Below are positions 22,461 through 35,273 of a DNA stretch of 64,000 nucleotides, piece by piece (the first letter of the stretch is position 1; each line of letters begins with the position of its first letter). The notes under the pieces are model-generated. The model saw only the letters and a list, made by a program, of their open reading frames with translations, did not search any database and had not been told where the DNA came from. Both the position numbers and the translations under genes were made by a program. Source of the DNA: Coniocarpon cinnabarinum (Eukaryota); assembly GCA_051942205.1 (NCBI GenBank), contig JAVECO010000107.1:1-64000 (forward strand), given 5' to 3'.

Positions 22461-24463
22461 GGTTTGTTCAGAAGGACAGAATGCAATATCGTTTTTTAAT
22501 ACAAGCAGTATCGGCGTCGACCTTTTTCATTCATGAAGTGAGAGACGTGCACCAGCAGTGATTGTTTAAATATCTGCGTACTGCGTGGGTTCTTTGCAAT
22601 CAATGCTCGTCAGCTACAGTAACTAAGAAGATGAGCCGCGTGCTATACGGCATGGCTTCTCTGTTGCACGTCTCCGACTTGCTGCACGGACGTTTCCGCT
22701 ATAATGATCATCCAATATTGTTCATCACTAACGGCGGTGGTCGTACTGATCCATGCAGAGACCAGCTACGACGGGATCTTCGTGACTATCCTTGGCATCT
22801 GCATTCCCAGTGCCATCGAGCTCAAGATTCGATGGTAGTTCGGCTAGACGTGCTGCGCGCACGAGGACCGGCGACTGCAGCAAATATGCAGAACTTCATG
22901 TCACTGCAACAGCACGAGGCTGAGAGGGCAGTTGAGACGAATCTCGATGCGAAGGGACCTCGCATGCTCCCCCGCAGTCCTGGCTGGAGGGTGGGTCTGT
23001 GGCTTGCCGCTTAGCAATGTGCCGAAACTCAGCCATCCAGCTGAAGCGGGTCTCGGCCAGGGGATCAGCACACGACGACGATAAATGCACCCGTCCCGAG
23101 CTCACGAGCGCTCTCTGTGTCATGTCCGGGCCTCTGAACAGCACACGCGGCCATGGTAGGAGAGCGAGGAGGCGCATGAGGAGTCTGCAAGGTGCACGAC
23201 GACGAGCAGCGAGCACATGCAGGAGATTGCATGCCCGCAACGCTGCCAGGTACTAGCACGGGCATGGGTTCTGTGGAAGCGGCGCTGTTCCAGCACGCAG
23301 CCGCTCGCCTGGGCCAATGAGAAGTGCGGCGTGGATTGCGGTTCCTGAGATAGCTAGCAGAAGACGCCGCAGCCGGCGATGGCAATGGCAGCTGGCTTGG
23401 CCGTTGTAAGCTTTGTCAACTTTATCTCCCGGTGCCGAAGGGCGTGCAAATGCTGTGCGACAGACTCGTCCGCATCTCTGAGCACGAGAGACTCGCGGCG
23501 AGGGCTTGTACGCGTCTCGAGGCGTCGAATTTAAGCGAGAAACGTCTGGACTGGTCGCCGGGGGTGCGAGGACAGGGGTGGAGGAAGAGCAGACGACAGA
23601 CTACAGCCGGTGCGCGGGAGAACCGACAGGTTGCTGCGATCTGTGATCGGGCTGGCGCTAGACCTCAAGCAGTCTGGCGCCGGCGTCGACTGCATATATC
23701 GACATCAAAGCTCACAAGCCGGCTCCTCTCCTGCTCCATCGGACTAGATTCTGCTCATCCACACGCACCGGCGCCCCAGCAGGCTGCTCATAAGGATAGC
23801 AGATCCTCCATCTTTCGCCGCTGCCCTGAATAGCACTCCAGACTAGCGCCCACGCGCTAGGCCTCTTTGCTGGTTCAGTTTGAGGGGCTTGGTAACGACT
23901 GGAGAAAGTGTCATGTGTTCAGGCGAAAAATAATTTGCGTTCAGCCCTCTCTCTCGCTGCTCGTCTCGTGTCCCAATGTACTCGCGGTAGACCTGCTGGC
24001 TTGCTGGCTCGCTCGCTTGCTCTTTTCTCCTCCACAACCAGCAGCGGTGAGTGCAGGCTTCAATGGCGTGACCGCGGCTACATTCGGGACATCTGCTTCC
24101 TTTGACCAGTCTCGCGCTGCTCGTCGCCCGTTCACACTCCTCGACCCACACGACGCGTGCGAGCCCAGCCCATTGCACGGAATTTTCGAAGTTCTGTGCC
24201 TCTTCTTCCCCGTCGGTCACGCCCCTGCGCCTTTCCTCCACTCACTCGCTCGCTGCTGCTGCTCTTCCTCTCCACTGCTCTTTTCACCCGCGGCCTTTGG
24301 TCATTCGAGTCTCGCAGCGTCTCCGCGCCACCTAGCCATTCCGGTCTCGAAACGATCCTTCCCTTCGAACAGGCCTCTTTGATTCGCTTTTCAGATCTGT
24401 ATCTCTACAACGTGGTCACTTTTGCCCGTTCTGTGGCGCCTATGCATGTAGATTTGTCCAACC

Positions 24464-25830
24464 ATGGCTTCGACGAAAGTAAGTACTCGACTAGGATCGG
24501 GCCAGGTCACACCATACTGACCGCACACAGGATGACTTTTCGAACGCAGCCAGATCTGGTACGGCGGGTACTCGTCCCCACGCTCATTCTATATCCTTGA
24601 GTGCGCTCAATGCGAATCGGATCAACCGCCGCAAGAGTTCCTCCTCTCTGGGTGGCGTGAACCTCGCTGCCATCGCGAGAGACATCTCAACCATAGATGG
24701 GTCGGCACAGGCTGCGCGGGTAAAACTAGAATCGGGCGAAACCCTCCTCAAGCCTGCGTCTCCTGTGGCCTCTGCCTCTGCTTCTGGTCTTGGGCGTCCC
24801 AAGTCTGCTACAGCGAAGGGTTCTGCAGTCCTCGACGGACCGCCTCTGTCGTCGATGCTCAATGACAAAACCAAAGCGCGTGCCAGGCGGGCGAGTGAAG
24901 GGTCACGTCTTGTGAATCGCGAACGTAGGCGGTCGACTACGAGCGGCGAGCTTCGATGCGAGAAGTGTGGAAAGAGTTATAAGCACGGCAGTTGCCTCAC
25001 GAAGCATTTGTCAGTCCTCGCGCTCTCTCCGTCACTGCACAGCCTCTCCTGTTTGCAGACACCCTAAGCCCGCCCTCTATCCATACGCATACATGCCCAT
25101 TGAAGCAGTCAAGCTTGCTGTTGCTGACTCAATCTCCTGCAGGTGGGAGCACACTCCTGAGTGGTCGTTGACGTCCAAACTTCTCATTTCCAAGCATCAG
25201 CAAGTCCAACTGCTGGAAGCTGCCTCGGTACTCATGAGCATGAACACCAGTGAAGCTCCTCCCAGCGAGAACGCTATTCAAGAAAGCGAGTCGTCTGGCG
25301 AGTCACCCGCCGCGTCAGGCGCCTCGGACAAGGACGAAGAGAGCTCTAGAACCTCAACCCCTTCACAACTAGGCGACGTCCGCTACAAACCCATTCCGCC
25401 GCCTACACGTCCCTCTCGACAAGACTCCTACAACAGCGCCTACTCGCGCTCCTATGCCTCGACATCTGCCCATTCCTTCGCCGCGTCGAGCGCCCCCACC
25501 GATCAAACAGACATGTACTGGTACCACCCCTCCTCGCGCCGTCGCCCGTCTTCATCGAGCCAAAGCTTCTACAGCGGCGACGAACAAGCCGACGTCGCCG
25601 CCGCGGCCGAAGGTCTCGTCTCATGCAGTCTCGGCACCCCCAAACACGGTCCTGCGCACCTCCCCGACGACATCCCGCCGGTGCCACCGCTCCCCGCGCA
25701 GTTCGCCCACCATGCCAGCCGCCCCGTCTCCTTCACCAATAAACACAGCAGCGCTGACATCGACATGCACGAGGTCCCCGAGCGCGACGAAGACGACGAA
25801 GACGGCGTCTTTGGCACGATGGAGCGATAA
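24464..25830 (+). CDS. Fungal C2H2 zinc-finger protein
   Basis: MASTK|DDFS...RPHAHSISL...RRKSS...RRASEG...LRCEKCGKSYKHGSCLTKHL|WEHTPEW...LLISKHQQVQLLEAASVL...DGVFGTMER. Introns 24479-24530 and 25010-25142. Confidence 0.88.
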
Positions 25831-26331
25831 CCTCCTCCCTTCTTGTCCATGAGACTACGCTATACATGACTGACACACATACGACAGCCTGTCGATGACA
25901 CCACATATTCTTTGTTTTTGCTTTTGGGATTTCATTTGTATTGTTCCAGAGTCAGCTCCGCAGCCGATTGCAGCAGCACCGATGAGTCGGTCGATCCGTC
26001 GTCTGAAGTGAGTGGGTGGGTGGGTGGATGTGGAAGTCATTGGATGAGAAGGGGACACGAAAGAGGGGCACCGGGGAGAATGGGAGAAGGGGTTTGGAAT
26101 TGTGCGTCTGTTGGACGAAAGGCGGATAGGACTGGCGAGGTTAAAGAAATGCTGCACCCGTGCGTGCGTCGAGCGGCTTTTCTCTGTCGTTATACTCCGT
26201 TGTTATATGGTTCTTGGCTCCTGGGCCCTTTTGATGAAGATGACATGTACTTTGAATGTCCCGAATTTTCCTGAATACTGAATATATGAAGAAGAAGTTT
26301 GGCTGCTTGGTTTCCTGGTGTTGTTGCATTC

Positions 26332-26355
26332 GTGTTGGTGTTGGTGTTGGTGTTG
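26332..26355. repeat. (GTGTTG)4 microsatellite
   Basis: Read directly from the sequence. Confidence 0.9.
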
Positions 26356-26608
26356 CGTGGTTTATTTCTGCTGGCGTTGTGTTCGTTATGGAAGATGCGT
26401 AGGGCGAAGTGGGTTATGTGGTGGGGTTAGTGCTGGAGTGTCTTACTTTGTTGATGGGTTGGAAGATGATGGATTCAAAGATGAATAGTAGCCAGTCCCA
26501 ATATCTCAAAAGCGTTCTCAGCTCGCTGACGATATCTCAACTCATCAACTGCAACGCAACTACTCGCCGCGCTACAAAGTCTCTGCAGTACCACAGTCAC
26601 CACCCTCT

Positions 26609-26644
26609 TCGCCCGTCCCATCGCCCGTCCCATCGCCCGTCCCA
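26609..26644. repeat. 12-bp perfect tandem repeat x3
   Basis: (TCGCCCGTCCCA)3. Confidence 0.9.
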
Positions 26645-28206
26645 TCACCACCAATTCCGAACATCGATTCAAACCGCCTTTCGCCACCTTTTGATTTACG
26701 CGTCAATAAACACGTGTGACTGCTTGGAAGAACCAGGATGTAGAAGTGCGACAATCTATGGCAATCGAGTCTGGGAGATTTTTTTAATTAAAGGAGGAGC
26801 GGCAAGGACGGTCGATAGCAGCGTCTACACAGGAGACGCGAACGCTGACGATACCTGGTACTAGCGCGAAATATAGGAGAAGTGGACGTGCGAGCAGTGA
26901 GAAACCCTAGTGAGCTTAGGAGTGGGCGGGCAATCGCTGATCTGGGATTTGTCTCGGAGGACAATCCTGTGAAGGGAGTGCGTGGTGGGCGGTGCTCAAC
27001 GAAAGCAGTGCGCCGACGAATATACGCGCATCATTCAGGACGAGCTGAGAAGCGGGATACAGGGGAATGTTATAGGCTCGTGGTGCTGCGGCATTGCTAC
27101 GTCTGTGATGATGAGGAAGAGTGACACGGACGTCTCTCTGCTTTGGAGGCGTGAGGAATCGAAAGTATATGTTACAGTGAGATACCAGGTATCTTACTTG
27201 GAAGTGGAGCAAGGCTAGAAGCAGAAGTAGAGCGGGAAGGAGTCGCTGCAATAAAAAAGAGGAAGAAGCCGAAGCACAGCTGGTATTGTACGCAGTGTAT
27301 CATGACCGCCAGGGAAATAAAAAACGTTATGCATGAAGAGGTGTTGGACGTCGTGAGGGGCAGATAAGGGCGTTGTGTTCTTTTGTGTGCTATACTGCAC
27401 GCGATGATGACCGTGGAAGTATACAACGAAGAGATCGCAGATCGTTGTAACTGGCCAGTTGTTCAGATCAAGAGAGCAGAGGAGTACATAGTGACGCCGA
27501 ATGCGCTGCTTGCGGAGCTGACATCTCACTTCCGTTGTGTGATCAAGTAAGCGAGCTTTGAAAGGGGAGGCTGAATTGAATGAGGCGGATTTTTGCAACA
27601 AAATGTGTGTTTGCTGGAAGAGTGTGACCTCATCTATACGGCGTCCCTCGGGTCTCCACGGCTTCAAGGTCTGACCTCCGATGCTGTTGACTGCAGCGTT
27701 CTGAGAACGGGCCGAATTTGCTCAAGTGCGCAATGCACATTCGTGACGCGTCAGAGTTTCCGACCCAGAAATCCTGCACGTTCGGTGCGACGTATGCGGC
27801 TTGAGACATCGTACTTAGTAATGTGATCTTGGCAGAGTCCGCGCACTGCGCAGAGTCGCAAGGAAGTAATGTAATAAGTTCTGTGTGCTGCCGGGGTCGA
27901 CTGGGCCGGACGCGAAGCGCTGGTCAGGATGAAAGCATGCCTTGTGGTTACGAAGCTTCACCTTGGCAGCTTGATTGCAGTGGCAAGGTGCATCACGTGA
28001 TGACGGAGTGGCATGCCGGAGCCCAAGAGAGCAGAACCCCGTCACGCTCGGACGGGTCCCAAACGTCTGTCAATGGTGACGTCTCGTCCTGTGCGCGTCC
28101 CTGTGTGGCTGTAGTCGTATGCTAGGAGTTCAAGAACATGTCTTTTCGTCTCCAGTCTTGCTTCGGACCCAACCACTAAGTGCGTTTGCCATTGAACTTG
28201 GACACC

Positions 28207-29162
28207 ATGGTCCAGCTTCATCCATCGTCGCTTCTCACATTCATTTTGCTTGGTCCGTATGGTGCGTTGCTTTACCATGTCGGATTTCCATTCTGACACA
28301 AGTTGAATAGCCATTCCCCTGGAAGCACAATTTCCAGGCGGCGGGTCAGGTTTCGGCTCGCCATTCGGTGGTAGCAGCAACGGTGGAAGCTCGTCAAGTC
28401 CATCTAATGGTGGAGATGGCGCTGGCTTTGGCAGTAGTGGTGCTGCAGGAGGCTCGCAATATGCAGACCAGCTTCTTGGACACAGCCATGTCGTTGCGCA
28501 CGGGGTCATGGCAGCACTGGCCCTAGTGATTTTCTTCGTAAGTCTTCGCTGGCCAAAAGTGCAAATAAGATGGCTTCCATTGACATGGCGTTGGATGGTG
28601 GGAACGCTGACAACTCCTATAGCCATTCGGCGCCATCAGCATTCGTGTGATCCCGTCAAAGATCGCACTCTACGGGCATGCAGCTTTCCAAGTCCTGGGA
28701 TATTTGCTCTTCATCGTGGCCTTCGGCCTTGGGGTCTGGATGGCACGTCAGATGAACTTCCCAGGGTTCAGTCTTCTTCATCAGGCTCATCCGATCATCG
28801 GCATTGTGGTGTTTGCGTTCTTATCATTGCAACCTATACTCGGTGTACTACACCACATCTTCTTCAAAAAGTACAGCAAGCGGACAGTATGGTCGCATGC
28901 TCATCTGTGGATTGGGCGCATTTTTATCACTCTCGGGATCATCAATGGTGGGCTTGGCTTGAAGCTTGCAAGGAATGCAAGCACAGGTCAAACAGCGGCA
29001 TATGGCGTCATTGCTGGTGTGGTGTGGCTGGTATGGCTTGGAGCTGCTATGTTTGGGGAATGGAGGAAGTTGAGGTCTCACCGTCTCCCTGAATATGAGA
29101 GGTATCCGCAAGCTAGTGAGGCCGTCAAGGTGCCCGGAGGAGGGCCAGGATATTATGCTTGA
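28207..29162 (+). CDS. Cytochrome b561-like membrane protein with signal peptide and Gly/Ser-rich linker
   Basis: MVQLHPSSLLTFILL|AIPLEAQFPGGGSG...VVAHGVMAALALVIFF|PFGAISIR...GHAAFQ...AHPIIG...QPILGVLHH...HAHLWIGR...GIINGGLG. His pattern of the fungal b561 domain; two introns. Confidence 0.8.
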
Positions 29163-29474
29163 TCTGTATTTAAAAGTTCAGATGTCAATCGCAATGTAAG
29201 TGAGCCAATTTTCAGATTCCGAAGGCTTGTCCACGAGGAGTGTTCATCGGGCTCTCCAGTTGTGAGGGAGGTGCCCACGCGGTGTCAACCACGCAACGAG
29301 GTATTGAAAGTTGCAGATCGAGGTGTGGGCAGCATCCTGTGTCAAGGGCGCCATCAAGCTGCAGCAACGCATTGCCACCGAACATGAGTTTGCGAGACTC
29401 CCCCAAGCCGATGTCCATAGTTCAGGTCGCCCGATACTTAGACAATCGTATGTTTCTATGCCTGAATCGCAGGT

Positions 29475-31205
29475 TCACTCAACTGAACGCAGTCTCTCGC
29501 GCTTGCGTTTGCCTTTGACGTTCATGCCTTGCTCAATCTGTAACATGGCCTCTCGCTTCTTCTCGCCTACAATTTTGAGACCATCTCGGACCACTCGACT
29601 TTCAATGTTGACGTCAGGTCCCTATAGCAATGTATTAGTGAGTACGTGATCAGGGTGCAACCCCGTTTTCGGAGATTTGCAGAACATACTTCATCATAAG
29701 CAATCATCTGTGAGCCTGTACGGTCTTCAATACCATGTATCAGCTCAACATCTCTCTGTCCCACGAGCGTAACACTTGTTCCCTTCTTGCCGGTACGTGC
29801 TGTGCGGCCAACTCGGTGCACGTAATCATCAGGGTCTCGAGGGACATCGTGGTTGACAACGAGTGCAACGTCAGGAATGTCAAGTCCTCGCGAGGCTACG
29901 TCGGTAGCAACAAGGACTCGTACCGCTTTGGCGCGAAATTTGCCAAGGCTGTTGGACCGTTCTCGTTGGGGCAAGAGTGAGTGTAGTGCTGTAACGCGGT
30001 GAGAGAGCAATCTCAGCGTGTGTTCTAGGAGCTGAGCGGTGGAAGTACGGTTGACGAAGATGATAACCGATTTACCCACGTTTGCAGGCGTAGAGAGCAG
30101 TATGTGGAGATATGATTCGCGGTGGGTCACTGGGGTCAGTAGGTATGTTTGGAGAAGGGTAGACGGCAAAGCTCGAACGAGTTTTCGACCGCGCAAAGTC
30201 CGGTTCTTCTCCCCGTCGTGAGTGTCTGACATCTCGTCTTCGACAATCGCAGGCATGTCGACCTCAGCAACGAATAACTCACGGGCTTTCTTTCCGTCGG
30301 ACTTCTCGGTTGAGGAGTCCTTCAACGTACGTACCTCCTCAGTCACAGTCGCTGTAAAGACAGCGGTTTGCCTCTTCTTCTTACTGGGACATGCATTCAG
30401 CACTTCCCCAACATCACCCAGCATGCTACCGTGACCTGGCTGCAATAACCGATCTGCCTCATCTAGCACTACGCATCTCACTCTTTGGAGTCCTGCGACG
30501 GTATCAACTCCACTTGTGCGAATATGGTCTGCCAGACGACCTGGCGTTGCGACGACAATATGAGGCCGGCTCGAGAGGCCAGTCGCTTGACTTAGCATGT
30601 CAGCACCGCCGGTCACCAGCAGGCATTTCAGCGAATGCGCGGAACCCAACGCAGCCAATTGCTCGTGGATCTGCAAAGCCAGTTCACGCGTTGGAGTCAA
30701 GATTAAGGCAAAGATACCGCTGGGGTCCTCAGCCCACATTTGCAGAATCGGAATTGCAAACGCAATCGTCTTACCAGAGCCTGTCCTCGAAGAGCCAAGC
30801 ACATCATCACCGCGTAACATGGGTGGGATGCATGCAGCCTGAATCGTTGTCGGCCTGCGCACAGCAAGGGCGGACATGGATGCAACGAGCCATGGCGCGA
30901 CTCCAAGAGTCGCAAACGAAGTTCGGCTTGCCAAAGCATCGGGATGCTGCGCCTGGGCAATCGTGGAAGGAATGGCTGCCGTTGCTTTGTGGCCGACAAA
31001 TTGGTCGCGCGTTCGTGACCGTTGAACACGACGAGGGATGCCATCGTTTGTCTCTTCGCCTTCAGGTGAGACTTTTTGTCTCTTTCTGGGCGCTGTGAGA
31101 CTCACTTGATTAGTGTTCAGATGCACGTGAATTGTTCTGTAGTCGTTGATTACCTTGGACCACATTATATCCCGAGGAGGACTCGTCAGAACTAGCTGAA
31201 TCCAT
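29475..31205 (-). CDS. DBP8: DEAD-box RNA helicase for 18S rRNA maturation
   Basis: Motifs [41 protein letters not shown] and HRVGRTAR. 5' intron 31153-31105; a 3' intron leads to ...[13 protein letters not shown]...RERLRSVE*. Confidence 0.9.
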
Positions 31206-31665
31206 CGGAGGCGGCAGACACTTGTCAGAGCTTCCTAGTGGCCTAATACTGAATTGATTCCCTCGAGACCTTGATGTCAATGCCGGGATGTGAGTGATCG
31301 AGCAATGTAAGACTTTCGAGGTTTCTGCTTGATAAACGAACAAAATGTTTGTTCCTGAAAAATAAGGTATTAAATAGCTGCCTATTAATGCCAGTGGCAG
31401 AGGGTCTCGAAAAGACATTTTTCCACATACTACCTTCATCATACACTCTCACTTACGTCTCCAACACATCGCAGCCTGTGTCTAAAAGATTTACCTCCAG
31501 CCAATTCAATAACTTGGGTTGAAGAACGAGAGTTGAGGAGAACGTTTCTTAAACAGGGGCTAAGGCTGTGGAGCAAAGACCGTCGGTGAAAGTTCCTATG
31601 GAACGGGCTGTAAGAAAGGCGCAAAGCCGCTTATCTCGCTGCGAGACGCACTGTCCTCAGATGTC

Positions 31666-33924
31666 GTGACTCTGAAGGGCATGTCTATGATTCCGAAACA
31701 GCACACTTTACCTTCATACCATGATGCTACGTGTCGAGACCACTGGAGACTTGTTGCTCCATACGTGGAATCTCGCGACCTTTGTAACGCTTCACGGGTC
31801 TGCAACCAGTGGCACAAATTATTTGCGCGAGAGCTATGGGGCGACCCGATTTCCCATTTCGAAGAAGAAGACTCTCGTCACTCGGCATTTACACATTTTA
31901 GATCGGTCTTGCCTGCGGCAAGGTCCTCCGTCCGATCCATGACACATACGCTTCGTATACCCTATCCGCCCGCAGACATCTATGAGGGACCTCATCCAGA
32001 GTGGCTCAGAGATCTCTTGCAATACCTGCCCAATCTACAGAGCCTCATTGTAGAGTCTCTCCCTTCGTTTGACCACGTTTCCTTGATGGCAATGCAAGAA
32101 CCACCTCTCGCACCAGTTGCGCAAGTTAGACCCAGCCTCGCGCCCCATCTCCGTCTCTTGAACGCTTCAAAGTGCCACAACGCCACCTCAGGGGGCCTTG
32201 CTGTTGCTCTGAGGCAGTTTCCCGGGCTCGTGTGGCTGGACTTGTCATGCATCGCGGCTACAAGGCACGAAACCGTGCCTGAAGCTCTTGCTACAATAAG
32301 TGGCCTTCGGGTCTTGAAGATGAGAAAAGTTTCCTTGAAAGACGATGCCCTTGCGGCGCTTGCCAAAGCTATCGGTCAAAGAGCGACAAGCCTCGACCTC
32401 GCTGAGAACCATTTGACTGATCTCTCCGCGTCTCATCTACTTAGGCATTGTTTTCGTGTTCAACAGCGAATCAGTCACTTGCAGCAAGAGCACAATCAGC
32501 CCCTGGCATCTCAATTTGACTTGCATGAACAGTACACAGGAGGGGACGTAAACTCGCCACTCTATGAACTTCTCACGAGCGGCTTTGCTGATGTTTTAAC
32601 AATTCATGATGAAAGGACAATTGGTCTGAGACATCTCGACATTTCGTCCAACAAACTCACGTTGGGAGGTGTATCAAGCCTACTGGCTTCAGGGCAGCTC
32701 AAAAGTCTGAACGCGGGGTTAGGCCAGGCTCCAGGTGCACCGCCTTCCTCAGTTCAAAGCGCGAAGAGCAAGGCCGTGAACGGCGTGCAAAGGCTTATCA
32801 AGGTAATGAAAGATGTGGACCAAGCGCCACTGCAGCTCCTACGGATCAGTTATGACTTGGTGACATATAGGCCACCATCTGACTTGGAAACAGCGGCTCG
32901 GCCCGCGACAGCGCACGAGGACATAGTATTCGCGAAACCGGAGGAGATCGAGGAACTTAATAATGATTTCAAGACGATGCCCGAAACCAGTCATACAGCA
33001 CCCGACACCGATGCTCTGTCCACCACTGACCTTCAAGCAAATGAGGAACCTCGTCCAGGACCGCCAAACTACGAGACAATTACGCCATCATCCTTCCGAA
33101 CAGCGACTGCCGGTGAAGCATTATTCGATGAAGGCGACGTGAACGCGCATCTGAAGGGAAACGGAGAAGACAGCAGAGACTCAATGGGGGGTAGGCAAAA
33201 TCGTGGATCAGGACGCTTGCAATCATTCGATGATCGCTTGGCGCAGCGCAAAAGTCGAGTCGCGTTCCAACGTACACGTGCTCAACACTTCCATCCCCTG
33301 TTACTGCCTAATCTCCAGACTCTAATTCTATGCAATGTTCCAAACAAAACCTCTGACGCCTCCATTGCTCATCGCATCATTCAGCTAATACAACAATGCG
33401 CCAAAGAGCAAAAGCTGGCTAAAGCCGAAGCACGGGCTAGTTATGCTTGTCCACCGGGAGCCGATAGGCAGGCTTTTGAACGTAATTACGTTAGGTCGAT
33501 TTTCCCTGTCGAACGCCTTGTCCTTGAAATTGCAGAGGAGTCTCCACAGGGAGAAGCATCGCAGATCGGTGCCCATTCAACAACATCAAATCCGAGCGCC
33601 GACGACCCTGACGTTGAGGCATTCTGGGACGCTGCACAGAATGATTTCAGTTTTTTTATTGATGAGAAGTCGGCCAAGCTCAAGCAGCCTGTACCTACCA
33701 GTGCGGCTCGAAATACGATTGCTGAAGGGGGTAATCTGTCACAGGCGGAGCATATGGGCGCGTCTGGTCAGAATGAAAAGCCAGAATATGACGTGATTCT
33801 GGAAGTGTCCCGATTCCGGCAAGATCGAAAGAGTGCTGAACAAGCCCGAACAGCGTCCACATCCTCTGATGAGAACGTCGAAGGTTTTTGGGACGGCGTT
33901 GTCCAAGTCCAAAGGTCACGCTGA
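31666..33924 (+). CDS. F-box / leucine-rich-repeat protein (true start uncertain, probably an upstream exon)
   Basis: F-box-like LVAPYV...DLCNASRVCNQWHKLF...LWGDP followed by LRR-type repeats (LPNLQSLIV, LVWLDLS, LRVLKM, SLDLAENHLTD, LRHLDISSNKLT). Confidence 0.8.
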   Translation: MTLKGMSMIPKQHTLPSYHDATCRDHWRLVAPYVESRDLCNASRVCNQWHKLFARELWGDPISHFEEEDSRHSAFTHFRSVLPAARSSVRSMTHTLRIPYPPADIYEGPHPEWLRDLLQYLPNLQSLIVESLPSFDHVSLMAMQEPPLAPVAQVRPSLAPHLRLLNASKCHNATSGGLAVALRQFPGLVWLDLSCIAATRHETVPEALATISGLRVLKMRKVSLKDDALAALAKAIGQRATSLDLAENHLTDLSASHLLRHCFRVQQRISHLQQEHNQPLASQFDLHEQYTGGDVNSPLYELLTSGFADVLTIHDERTIGLRHLDISSNKLTLGGVSSLLASGQLKSLNAGLGQAPGAPPSSVQSAKSKAVNGVQRLIKVMKDVDQAPLQLLRISYDLVTYRPPSDLETAARPATAHEDIVFAKPEEIEELNNDFKTMPETSHTAPDTDALSTTDLQANEEPRPGPPNYETITPSSFRTATAGEALFDEGDVNAHLKGNGEDSRDSMGGRQNRGSGRLQSFDDRLAQRKSRVAFQRTRAQHFHPLLLPNLQTLILCNVPNKTSDASIAHRIIQLIQQCAKEQKLAKAEARASYACPPGADRQAFERNYVRSIFPVERLVLEIAEESPQGEASQIGAHSTTSNPSADDPDVEAFWDAAQNDFSFFIDEKSAKLKQPVPTSAARNTIAEGGNLSQAEHMGASGQNEKPEYDVILEVSRFRQDRKSAEQARTASTSSDENVEGFWDGVVQVQRSR

Positions 33925-34013
33925 GACAGCTGGTTAACGGTCGTGGGGACCAAGTGTGCTAATCCGTAGGCAAGCCTTCCAAGATCGTCGAGACTCATAT
34001 GACATGGTTGCGG

Positions 34014-35273
34014 CTATGTTGGAGGCATCTGCCCATTTTCCAGCTGTTCAAGCCGTGATTTTCGCCACGTATTCAAAGAGGCTTTACGTTTCTCTTTCTC
34101 TTCCGCTGATGAGGCAGGATTGGGAGAGCCCGCAGCAGGACTCGCGGAGTGGCTGCTGGCTATTGACAGCCCTTCTCCGCCGATTGTTTCTTCCGCCTTC
34201 TGCAAAGCGTCATTGATGCTTGACCAGAACAGATCGATATCCAAGCTGCGAGGAATGCGTACACCATCTGCTGTGGGAGATTGCTTGATTGTGGTCTGGC
34301 CCACATGATTTGTGGGATCGGTGACTGGATCATAGGGGCCTTGCTCGACGATGACATCAACATCCCATCGTTCTACGTGGGTATCATGGAATTGTTCCGC
34401 TTCGAGAGCGGACCAAACGGCCAATGGATCATGCAAAGGAGGGCCGTCCTCGATACCAAATTGGGCTTTGTATGTGGATGCAAAGAAATTCAAGACCTCT
34501 CGGAAGAGACTTCGGACTACTGATAACTTCCGCTTCTGTTCAGCGTGCACGAGCTTCCGATGGCTGTCGAATAACAGGTTCTGGACTTTGGCTGTACCAC
34601 GGACCAGGTGTGTAAGGTCTAACGGAATGAGGGTGGTCTTCTCGGCAAGACGCTTATTGTTGAAAATCGCACGTGCAGCCTCTGGATCCGCGTAAATGTT
34701 GAATTCGGCCCATGGAGAATGATTGCCAAAGCGCTCTCCTTCACCCTCAACCTTGCCCATTGGTGCGTCGGTGAAGTTGGCGCCTATAGCACCTCCCATA
34801 ATATGTAAACCGGCAATATGCATGGCCAATTCCGCTGACCAGCTAAACAAGATGGCGATGTTGGTGAGGGGGCCAGTAGCGATGATATGCACACTGCTCG
34901 GTGGTTGCTCAAGTATAGTATTGGCCACCTCAGTCAAGGAATCAGATAGAGGCGAAGCTGCAGGTTCAGAGGGCAGTAGCGTGACCCCATCGAGACCGCT
35001 CTCTCCGTGTATGCCAGGTGCAAAGGATGCTTCTCTCCGCAAGGGGCGTTCTCTCCCTTGGTACACAGGGACATGAGAGGCGCCGATTGCTTCCAAGACA
35101 GCCAGGCTGTTGTGCGTGGTGTGTTGGATTGATGCATTCCCATGGACGGTACTTATCCCTAGCAAATCTGCCTTGGGGTGATATGCTGCCAGTAAGATGG
35201 CGAAGGCGTCGTCATGGCCGGTATCGCAGTCCAACCAGATGGGTGTTCGCTCATCGCCAGCCTCTGTCGCCAT
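34014..35273 (-). CDS. URH1: Inosine/uridine-preferring nucleoside hydrolase
   Basis: Motifs WLDCDTGHDDA, TGPLTN, IMGG, AEFNIYADPEAA and PLHDPLA. Confidence 0.92.
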   Translation of the reverse strand: MATEAGDERTPIWLDCDTGHDDAFAILLAAYHPKADLLGISTVHGNASIQHTTHNSLAVLEAIGASHVPVYQGRERPLRREASFAPGIHGESGLDGVTLLPSEPAASPLSDSLTEVANTILEQPPSSVHIIATGPLTNIAILFSWSAELAMHIAGLHIMGGAIGANFTDAPMGKVEGEGERFGNHSPWAEFNIYADPEAARAIFNNKRLAEKTTLIPLDLTHLVRGTAKVQNLLFDSHRKLVHAEQKRKLSVVRSLFREVLNFFASTYKAQFGIEDGPPLHDPLAVWSALEAEQFHDTHVERWDVDVIVEQGPYDPVTDPTNHVGQTTIKQSPTADGVRIPRSLDIDLFWSSINDALQKAEETIGGEGLSIASSHSASPAAGSPNPASSAEEKEKRKASLNTWRKSRLEQLENGQMPPT

